Part shown: one piece after another, positions 17,739 through 25,129 of the stretch
How the letters are laid out: the number at the start of each line of letters is the position of its first letter
How positions within the stretch are numbered: the stretch's first letter is position 1
DNA from: Nitrospirota bacterium
Lineage (GTDB): Bacteria; Nitrospirota; Thermodesulfovibrionia; Thermodesulfovibrionales; Dissulfurispiraceae
DNA: 54,626 bases
Direction of reading: 5' to 3'
Assembly: GCA_021847795.1 (NCBI GenBank)
Contig: JAJZPZ010000001.1
Coordinates: 1-54,626, forward strand
Translations under genes and position numbers: made by a program
The notes under the pieces: generated by a model
The model's input: only the letters and a program-made list of their open reading frames with translations
Told to the model about the DNA's origin: nothing
Database searches by the model: none

Positions 17739-19001
17739 ATGCCGTTATTTGGTGAATTATTCCTCAGTGAAGTGATAAAAAAACCTGTCTTTGACCCTAA
17801 GGGAGAAGTCTTGGGGAAGATGAAGGATGCCATTGTAATTAAAGGGGATCCCCTTCCGAAGATAGCTGCAATCATCATAGATCGGAAAAAACAGCTTTAC
17901 CGTATCAAATGGGAAGATATCAACATCTTCAATAAAAGGATTATATCCTCCTACCTTAATGCGGATTCCGTCCGGTCCCATGAGTTCAACGAGGACGACC
18001 TCCTGGCAGTACGGGACATCCTCGACAAACAGATTGTTGATGCCAACGGTGCAAAAGTGGTAAGAGTAAACGATATAAAGCTGGAAGGATACGAGGGAGA
18101 GGCCGTCTTCGTTGCGGTCGATGTAGGTATGAGAGGAATTCTCAGGAGGCTCGGACTGGAGCGGGGGAGCGAAGAGTTCCTCAGATTGTTCAATTCCTCT
18201 CTGCACTTCAACCTGATAAGCTGGAACTACATACAGCACCTGAAACCGAAATTGAAAACAATCGCACTTACCGTGCCCCGGCAAATGCTTTCGGAGCTCC
18301 ATCCTGCCGATATTGCAGATATAATCAGCCAGATCTCGCGGGATGAAGGCGCTCATCTGTTCAAAGATCTCGACATCGAGACCGCCGCAGAAGCGCTTTC
18401 CGAAATGGAGCCTGATATGCAGGCGGATATTATTAATTCCCTCGAACCTGAGAAAGCTGCCGACATCATTGAGGAAATGCCCCCGGATGAAGCCGCCGAC
18501 GTCCTGAGCGATCTCCCCACGGAAAAGGCAAAGGAAATCCTGGAACATATAGAAAAGGAAGAGGCTGAAGACATCCAGGAACTCCTCGGGCATGAAGAAG
18601 ATACTGCCGGCGGACTGATGACTAATGAGTTCCTGGCATACCGGTATGATATCAGCGTGAAGGAAGCTATCGAGAAATTCAGGAAGGACGCCGAAGAGAG
18701 CGAAAACGTCTACTATATTTATGTCATTGATGATCAGGAAAAACTGCTGGGCGTCACCTCACTCAGGGAACTTCTTATCGCAGAGCCGGACAAGAAGCTT
18801 TCTGAAATAATGGAATTAAAGATGAAGACCGTAACTCCTGATGCTGATGAAATGGTGGCTGCCGAGATCATATCAAAATACAACCTCCTGGCTCTTCCCG
18901 TCATTGACGGCGAAGGCTATCTCCTTGGAATAGTGGCAATTGACGATATCCTCGACAGGGTCCTCCCTCCTGCAGCAAAAAGACACAGGAGGAAAGTATG
19001 A
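17739..19001 (+). CDS. Soluble MgtE-type sensor module: two PRC-barrel-like repeats, MgtE_N domain, CBS pair; no membrane domain
   Basis: Acidic helical repeats LHPADIADIISQI...EPDMQADIINSLEPEKAADIIEEMPPDEAADVLSDLPTEKAKEILE are typical of MgtE_N. They are followed by AGGLMTNEF and a CBS pair (LGVTSLRELL, LPVIDGEGYLLGIVAIDDILD). The ORF ends without TM helices. Confidence 0.85.
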   Translation: MPLFGELFLSEVIKKPVFDPKGEVLGKMKDAIVIKGDPLPKIAAIIIDRKKQLYRIKWEDINIFNKRIISSYLNADSVRSHEFNEDDLLAVRDILDKQIVDANGAKVVRVNDIKLEGYEGEAVFVAVDVGMRGILRRLGLERGSEEFLRLFNSSLHFNLISWNYIQHLKPKLKTIALTVPRQMLSELHPADIADIISQISRDEGAHLFKDLDIETAAEALSEMEPDMQADIINSLEPEKAADIIEEMPPDEAADVLSDLPTEKAKEILEHIEKEEAEDIQELLGHEEDTAGGLMTNEFLAYRYDISVKEAIEKFRKDAEESENVYYIYVIDDQEKLLGVTSLRELLIAEPDKKLSEIMELKMKTVTPDADEMVAAEIISKYNLLALPVIDGEGYLLGIVAIDDILDRVLPPAAKRHRRKV

Positions 19002-20221
19002 CGCGCTGGAAGAGGTTCTTAATTCTCCTGTCGGTTATAGGGCCGGGGATCATAACAGCAAATGTGGACAACGATGCAGGGGGCATTGCGACTTACTCGA
19101 TAGCAGGCGCGCATTTCGGTTACTCGCTTTTGTGGTCCCTTATTCCCATTACCGTTGCCCTTATCGTTGTACAGGAAATGTCGGCCAGAATGGGTGCGGT
19201 TACCGGCAAGGGACTTGCCGAGCTTATCCGGGAAAACTACGGGGTGAAAATAACCTTCTGGCTCATGATATTTCTATTTGTAACGGACCTCGGGAATACC
19301 GCGGCAGAATTCGCCGGATGGGCAGCAAGCAACGAACTCTTCGGTATCAATAAATATATATCCGTGCCGATCGGCGCACTGCTGGTTTGGCTGCTTGTTG
19401 TAAAAGGGACATACCGTGTTGTTGAAAAGGTCTTCCTGGTCATATGCCTTGTTTACTTCGTCTATGTGCCCGCAGCCTTTATGGCCAGACCTGACTGGTC
19501 ACAGGTTGCAAAGGGAACCCTCATCCCCTCATTTCATTTTAATTCCGTATATATAGTTACTCTTATCGGCGTAGTCGGCACCACAATAGCGCCATGGATG
19601 CAGTTCTACCTGCAATCATCCGTGGTTGAGAAAGGCGTGGACAAAGAGCAGTATTGGGCCTCGAGAATTGATGTTATCGTCGGGTGTTTTCTGACCGATA
19701 TCGTTGCCCTGTTCATAATTGTCGCCTGCGGGGCAACTCTTTTCAAAGCCGGGGTTCAGATAGAAAGCGCCAAGGATGCCGCTATATCCCTCGCGCCCAT
19801 TGCCGGCAAGTACGCTTCCGTGCTCTTTGCAATAGGCCTTGCCAATGCGTCTCTCTTCTCCGCCTCTATCCTGCCTCTGGCCACGGCCTACTACATCTGT
19901 GAAGGCATGGGTTGGGAGGCCGGAGTAAACAAGACCTTTAAAGATGCCCCTCAGTTCATGTGGCTTTATACGATACTGATTGCCATAGGCTCCCTGATCG
20001 TACTGATACCAAATGCCCCGCTCATCGCCATCATGTGGATTTCACAGGTCATTAACGGCGTGATGCTGCCTTTCGTCCTGATTTTCATGCTGCTCCTGAT
20101 AAACAAGACTGAACTGATGGAGGAATACGTAAATTCAAAAACATTTAACAGGGTCGCCTGGGCAACAACAGTGGTTATGATCGCCCTTACAGGAATGTTC
20201 GTGGGCGCCATGTTTATTTAA
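18998..20221 (+). CDS. Nramp-fold divalent cation transporter with non-canonical metal site (NRMT-like, putative Mg2+ transporter)
   Basis: 407 aa, about 11 TM. TM1 reads GPGIITANVDNDAGGIATYS (DAGG instead of DPGN). TM6 reads GTTIAPWMQFYLQSS (Ala instead of the Met of MPH). The start overlaps the upstream stop (ATGA at 18998-19001) and has an AGGAGG RBS. Confidence 0.85.
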   Translation: MTRWKRFLILLSVIGPGIITANVDNDAGGIATYSIAGAHFGYSLLWSLIPITVALIVVQEMSARMGAVTGKGLAELIRENYGVKITFWLMIFLFVTDLGNTAAEFAGWAASNELFGINKYISVPIGALLVWLLVVKGTYRVVEKVFLVICLVYFVYVPAAFMARPDWSQVAKGTLIPSFHFNSVYIVTLIGVVGTTIAPWMQFYLQSSVVEKGVDKEQYWASRIDVIVGCFLTDIVALFIIVACGATLFKAGVQIESAKDAAISLAPIAGKYASVLFAIGLANASLFSASILPLATAYYICEGMGWEAGVNKTFKDAPQFMWLYTILIAIGSLIVLIPNAPLIAIMWISQVINGVMLPFVLIFMLLLINKTELMEEYVNSKTFNRVAWATTVVMIALTGMFVGAMFI

Positions 20222-20245
20222 AAAAATACCAATAGGAGAAATCGG

Positions 20246-21313
20246 ATGATCAGCACAATAGAATGGAAAAACGGCAAGGTCATGATGCTGGATCAGAGCA
20301 TACTGCCCCTTGAGGTCAAATACGTGGAATGCACCGATTACCGCAAAGTCGCTGAAGGAATAAAAAAGCTCTGGATACGCGGCGCGCCGGCCATCGGCAT
20401 TGCTGCGGCAATGGGCATCGCACTCGGCGCACAGGACATAAAGGCCGCCACTATGGATGATTTCCTCAGGAAACTCGAGCCGGTAATGGATGAAATCCTT
20501 GCGACAAGGCCCACGGCAGTCAACATACGGTGGGCGGTGGAAAGAATAAAAAAGTTTCTTGCAGCACACAGGGCGGAGTCCATTGAAAAAATAAAACAGC
20601 TGCTTATCGGCGAATCACAGAGTATCCTTGAGGAAGACATCGAGATCAATAAATCCATCGGCAGGTGGGGCGCCCAGTTCGTGAAGGATGGGGACACCAT
20701 TCTCACCCACTGCAATGCGGGCAGCCTGGCAACCGGGGGATACGGCACGGCAACAGCTCCCATGCTCATGGCAGCTAAGGAACAGGGAAAGAAGATCCAG
20801 GTCATAGCCGACGAAACAAGGCCCGTACTGCAGGGGGCACGGCTCACTTCATGGGAACTGATGCAGGCAGGGATCCCGGTAACCCTGATAACCGACAACA
20901 CAGCAGGCGCCCTGATGAAAAAAGGCATGATCGATCTCGCTATAGTCGGCACTGACAGGACCACCAGGAACGGGGATGTTGCGAATAAAATAGGGACCTA
21001 CACCGTTGCCGTCATGTGCAGGGAGCACGGCATTCCTTTTTATGTTGCGGCCCCGCTGAGCAGCATAGACTTTACCATGGCTTCCGGGGACCTCATTCCC
21101 ATTGAAGAGCGCCATGCCGATGAGGTAACGTCCATCTGGGGGCACAGAGTTGCGCCGGAAGGGGTAAATGTAATAAACTTAGCTTTCGATGTTACGCCAG
21201 CAAAGTATGTAACCTCCCTTTTCACGGAAAAAGGAGCTTTCAAACCACAGGACATCAAAAAACTTTTAAGAGAGGATGTGGATCTCGAATCCATAAGGTT
21301 AAGACCGTTGTAG
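20246..21313 (+). CDS. mtnA: S-methyl-5-thioribose-1-phosphate isomerase (eIF-2B alpha/beta/delta family)
   Basis: TIEWKNGKVMMLDQSILP, IRGAPAIGIAAA, THCNAGSLAT, VIADETRPVLQGARLT, VGTDRTTRNGDVANKIGTY. Confidence 0.9.
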   Translation: MISTIEWKNGKVMMLDQSILPLEVKYVECTDYRKVAEGIKKLWIRGAPAIGIAAAMGIALGAQDIKAATMDDFLRKLEPVMDEILATRPTAVNIRWAVERIKKFLAAHRAESIEKIKQLLIGESQSILEEDIEINKSIGRWGAQFVKDGDTILTHCNAGSLATGGYGTATAPMLMAAKEQGKKIQVIADETRPVLQGARLTSWELMQAGIPVTLITDNTAGALMKKGMIDLAIVGTDRTTRNGDVANKIGTYTVAVMCREHGIPFYVAAPLSSIDFTMASGDLIPIEERHADEVTSIWGHRVAPEGVNVINLAFDVTPAKYVTSLFTEKGAFKPQDIKKLLREDVDLESIRLRPL

Positions 21314-21409
21314 CGTTACTGCGGCGAGCGGCATAGCGCAAAAGGAACTGATTTTATTTTCCCGTACCGCTATAAACGCAACATCGCTATAACGCAACAA
21401 ACGCAAATT
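21314..21409. repeat. Intergenic repeat block containing the CGCTATAACGCA motif and a variant
   Basis: cgctataaacgca at 21368-21380 and cgctataacgca at 21385-21396. The left part gcgttactgcggcgagcggcatagcgc is partly complementary. The exact 12-mer is also at 8588-8599 and 51244-51255. Confidence 0.7.
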
Positions 21410-22384
21410 ATGAAGACCACAGATATTTTTGCAGAGTACGCGGAAGAACTGAAAACCGTTGACCAGCAACTCATGGGTATTTTCAGCAGCAATGTTTTTC
21501 TGATACCCATGATCGGGAAACATATCCTGGGCAGCGGCGGGAAAAGGATGCGGCCCCTGTTCCTCCTGCTCAGTGCAGACCTCTGCGGGTACCGGGAGAC
21601 AAACCGTACGCTCCTGGCAGCGATCATCGAGGCTATCCATACGGCATCCCTGCTGCATGATGATGTTATCGACGGCGCTGAAACACGTAGAGGCAACGCC
21701 ACGGCCCATGCCGTCTGGGGAAATCAGGTAGTAATACTTGTCGGTGATTTCCTGTATTCGAAGGCGCTGAAAATCGCTGTCGACCAGAGGAAGCAAAAAA
21801 TCATGGAGGCCCTGTCGGAAGCCACAACCCGCATGACGGAAGGGGAAATCCTGCAACTGCACAAGATCGGAGATCCCGAAATAACCAGGGAAGAATACTT
21901 CGAGATTATCGCCGCAAAGACAGGGGTGCTTATATCTGCCGCATGCAGGATAGGCGCAATCCTTGCAAATCAGCCCGAGGACCGGGAGATGGCCCTCTCC
22001 AGGTTCGGGATGAAAACAGGCATTGCATTCCAGCTGGCGGATGATGTTCTGGATTATGTGGCAAGTCAGAAAGACCTCGGCAAAAAACTGGGGAAAGACC
22101 TTGAAGAAGGGAAAATCACCATGCCCCTCATCTACCTTCTTAAATCCGCATCAGATTCCGAGCAGGACGAAATCAGGCAGATCATCAACGAAAGGACAAA
22201 AAGCAGCAAAGGACTCGGCAGGATAATGGAGCTGTTTTCAAAATACCATGCCATTGAAGAATCCCTGAAAATAGCACAGGTCCTTATAGAGGAAGCGAAA
22301 TCGGAGCTGGGCATCTTTCCTCCTTCGGACAAGAAAGAGACCCTCCTTGCCATGGCCGAATATGCGATGCAGCGGAAGGAATAG
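21410..22384 (+). CDS. Polyprenyl diphosphate synthase (IspB/heptaprenyl-octaprenyl type)
   Basis: First DDxxD: SLLHDDVIDGAETRRG. Second: FQLADDVLDY. GKRMRP motif. Confidence 0.9.
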   Translation: MKTTDIFAEYAEELKTVDQQLMGIFSSNVFLIPMIGKHILGSGGKRMRPLFLLLSADLCGYRETNRTLLAAIIEAIHTASLLHDDVIDGAETRRGNATAHAVWGNQVVILVGDFLYSKALKIAVDQRKQKIMEALSEATTRMTEGEILQLHKIGDPEITREEYFEIIAAKTGVLISAACRIGAILANQPEDREMALSRFGMKTGIAFQLADDVLDYVASQKDLGKKLGKDLEEGKITMPLIYLLKSASDSEQDEIRQIINERTKSSKGLGRIMELFSKYHAIEESLKIAQVLIEEAKSELGIFPPSDKKETLLAMAEYAMQRKE

Positions 22385-22386
22385 GC

Positions 22387-22896
22387 ATGCACCCCTATGT
22401 TGAGCTTGCCAGAAGAGCAATCGAAGAATATATAAGGAATAAAAAGACCCTCGGCCTGCCAAAGGAAGTGCCTGATAATATGAAGCAAAAGGCAGGCGTC
22501 TTTGTCTGCCTGAAGAAGCAGGGTATACTCTGCGGCTGCATCGGGACCTTCCTCCCGACAACCGGAAATATTTATGAGGAAATAGTGAGGAATGCCGTTG
22601 CCGCTGCCACCCAGGACCCGAGGTTCTGTGCTGTACAGGAGACGGACCTGAAAAACCTGCAATGCTCCGTTGATGTGCTCTCCTTGCCGGAAAAGGTGAA
22701 TGACCTCTCCGGGCTCGATGCAAAAAAGTACGGCATTATCGTTTCCAAGGACTACAAGAAAGGGCTGCTCCTGCCCGACCTCGAGGGGGTGGATACCGTT
22801 GATGAGCAATTAAGGCATACCAAGCTGAAAGCAGGCATCGACCCGCAGGATACCGATGTTGAAATTTACCGGTTCACGGTAGAAAGATACAAATAA
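22387..22896 (+). CDS. AMMECR1 domain protein
   Basis: 169 aa. GVFVCLKK...LCGCIGT motif and DPRF. The start is 3 nt after the ispB-like stop. Confidence 0.85.
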   Translation: MHPYVELARRAIEEYIRNKKTLGLPKEVPDNMKQKAGVFVCLKKQGILCGCIGTFLPTTGNIYEEIVRNAVAAATQDPRFCAVQETDLKNLQCSVDVLSLPEKVNDLSGLDAKKYGIIVSKDYKKGLLLPDLEGVDTVDEQLRHTKLKAGIDPQDTDVEIYRFTVERYK

Positions 22897-22995
22897 GACA
22901 GTAACGAGTTACGAGTAACTCTAACGATAGTAACAAGTTAAAACATAATAGTCTTGGAAGACTAGTCACTTGTCACTGTCTTTAGAGTTACTGCC
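22897..22995. repeat. GTAAC-unit hairpin/repeat element starting 1 nt after the AMMECR1 stop
   Basis: gacagtaacgagttacgagtaactctaacgatagtaacaagt (22897-22938) is 41/42 identical to the reverse complement of 51930-51971. Within the locus, 22897-22909 pairs with 22968-22980, and gtaactctaa (22914-22923) pairs with ttagagttac (22982-22991). Confidence 0.85.
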
Positions 22996-23461
22996 TTTTA
23001 TATTTCCCGCTTTTCCCTCCGCGTTTTTCGAGGAGCATGATGTCTGAGATGACCATTCCCTTGTCCACTGCCTTGCACATATCATATATCGTCAGTGCCG
23101 CAACCGTTGTTGCCGTCAGGGCCTCCATTTCAACGCCTGTCTGTCCGCCTACCTTCACCGTTGCCTTAATCCCGATCCTGTTCTGCGTCTCGTCGATCTC
23201 GAAATCTATATTCACCGAGGTAATGTTCAGGGTATGGCACAGGGGGACCAGTTCAGGGGTCTTCTTTGCAGCCATAATCCCGGCGACCCGCGCAATCCCG
23301 AGCACGTCGCCTTTCGCCATCTTCCCGTTCTTCACCAGGCGGAGCGTTTCAGGTTTCATGGTAATCGAGCCCCCGGCAACCGCCTCCCGCAGGGTCGGGG
23401 CTTTCCCGGACACATCTACCATTCTTGCCTTCCCCTGTTTATCAAAATGTGTGAGTTTCAT
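22988..23461 (-). CDS. moaC: Cyclic pyranopterin monophosphate synthase
   Basis: [52 protein letters not shown]. The start is set to ATG 23461 (GGAGG 9 nt upstream); the ORF track GTG is at 23470. Confidence 0.95.
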   Translation of the reverse strand: MKLTHFDKQGKARMVDVSGKAPTLREAVAGGSITMKPETLRLVKNGKMAKGDVLGIARVAGIMAAKKTPELVPLCHTLNITSVNIDFEIDETQNRIGIKATVKVGGQTGVEMEALTATTVAALTIYDMCKAVDKGMVISDIMLLEKRGGKSGKYKRQ

Positions 23462-23610
23462 AAAACGCACCCTCCGGTGATCAGATTACTTCCCATAATT
23501 CTAAACATTTTCCCTCTGTGAAGACAATGAGAGAGTATCGGGCGGGGTAGACAACCTGCGGATTCAATATTACAATTGAAGTATCTAAGGCAGCCGACAG
23601 GAAGCCCTCT

Positions 23611-25122
23611 ATGGAAAAAAGAAAATTGCCGCGTCTTGCCTATAACTGGACCAGCGCTGCCGGCGCGTTGATTGCGCTCGTCGCCGGGTCCGTGATTATC
23701 TTTCTTCTCGGCGTTAATCTGATAATCGGGATAACAAACCCCTACCTGGGGATCGTGCTCTACCTGCTCCTGCCGGTGTTCCTTGTTATCGGCCTGATCC
23801 TGATCCCACTCGGCATGTATATCAAGTGGCGCGCCTGGCAGAGGACCGGGGAAATACCGGCCTTCAAATGGCCCTCAATAGATCTCAACATCAGGCGCCA
23901 CCGGAACGCAGCCCTGATATTCATACTCGGCTCACTGCTGTTTGTGCTCGTAAGTTCCGTGGGAATATACCAGGCATATCATTTCACCGATTCGGTTGCT
24001 TTCTGCGGCACCGTGTGCCACAAAGTAATGAAGCCGGAATACACTGCATACCGGAAGTCCCCCCATGCGCGGGTGGCGTGTGTTTCCTGTCACATCGGGC
24101 CAGGCGCGGGGTGGTATGCAAAATCGAAAATAACGGGCCTCTACCAGGTCTATGCAGTTGCCGCTGATGTATATCCGCGCCCCATACCAACACCTATCAA
24201 GGATCTGCGGCCTGCGCGGGAAACCTGCGAAGAGTGCCACTGGCCCAGTTATTTTTTCGGCGCCCGGCAGAGGCAGTTCAGCCATTACCGGTACGATGAG
24301 GCAAACACGCGGTGGACAATAAACATGCTCGTCAAGGTCGGAGGCAGTATTCCGGGGGCTGCGCGTGCATCCGGCATCCACTGGCACACAGACAAAGACA
24401 TACGGATAGAATATATGCCCAGGGACAAGAAAAGACAGGACATCCCCTGGGTGCGGGTAACGGAAAGACTGACGGGAAAAAGCACCGTGTATCAGGACAT
24501 CACCAATCCACTGCCCGGAACGGCTCCGGGCGGAGCTGCCATAAGAACCATGGATTGTATGGACTGCCACAACCGCCCGAGCCATGACTTTCACTCTCCG
24601 GATTATGCGGTAGACAACGCGATCTCGACAGGACAAATAGACCGGTCCATCCCGGAGATCAAGCTGACAGCAGTAGATGCAATGGCAAAGGAATACAAAT
24701 CAGAACAGGAAGCGGAAAGCGGAATAACAAACTCAATCACCGGCTTTTACCGGAACAAATACCCGGAACAGTATCTGAAAAACGTACAGGAGATCAATAA
24801 TGCCGTACTCGCAACCCGTTCAGCGTATAATACAAACGTGTTTCCCTTTATGAAGGCGAGGTGGGCCGAGTATCCGAACAACATCGGGCATTTTATTTTC
24901 CGCGGCTGCATGCGGTGCCATGACGGCAACCACAAGAGCAGCGCCGGCGAAGCCATCCCGAATGATTGCCGCACCTGCCATATCATCCTTGCCCAGGGTA
25001 ATGGTAAACAGCCGGAGCAACTGGATCTCAGAACAGGTCTCGACTTCAGGCACCCTGTAGACATCGGAGACGCATGGAAAGGAGGGGTTTGTTATGAATG
25101 CCACACAGGAGTCCGTCCTTAA
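23611..25122 (+). CDS. Membrane-anchored heptahaem c-type cytochrome with NapC/NirT-like N-terminal module (ImcH-like architecture)
   Basis: Three N-terminal TM helices, then seven CxxCH motifs: CGTVCH, CVSCH, CEECH, CMDCH, CMRCH, CRTCH, CYECH. Confidence 0.85.
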   Translation: MEKRKLPRLAYNWTSAAGALIALVAGSVIIFLLGVNLIIGITNPYLGIVLYLLLPVFLVIGLILIPLGMYIKWRAWQRTGEIPAFKWPSIDLNIRRHRNAALIFILGSLLFVLVSSVGIYQAYHFTDSVAFCGTVCHKVMKPEYTAYRKSPHARVACVSCHIGPGAGWYAKSKITGLYQVYAVAADVYPRPIPTPIKDLRPARETCEECHWPSYFFGARQRQFSHYRYDEANTRWTINMLVKVGGSIPGAARASGIHWHTDKDIRIEYMPRDKKRQDIPWVRVTERLTGKSTVYQDITNPLPGTAPGGAAIRTMDCMDCHNRPSHDFHSPDYAVDNAISTGQIDRSIPEIKLTAVDAMAKEYKSEQEAESGITNSITGFYRNKYPEQYLKNVQEINNAVLATRSAYNTNVFPFMKARWAEYPNNIGHFIFRGCMRCHDGNHKSSAGEAIPNDCRTCHIILAQGNGKQPEQLDLRTGLDFRHPVDIGDAWKGGVCYECHTGVRP

Positions 25123-25129
25123 GAAGGGA

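Noticed and set aside
17757-18593. 278-aa minus-strand ORF. The same applies to 20338-20964, 22132-22809, 23932-24636, 25502-26140, 48325-49044 and 50420-51013.
   Set aside because: All are antisense shadows of confidently identified genes (MgtE_N/CBS, mtnA, ispB-like/AMMECR1, cytochrome, M16, coaBC, M24 peptidase). None has a motif or an RBS.
23462-23610. Possible Moco riboswitch in the moaC leader
   Set aside because: I read the minus-strand leader and could not recognise the conserved Moco-motif core. I will not claim it without an Rfam/Infernal scan.
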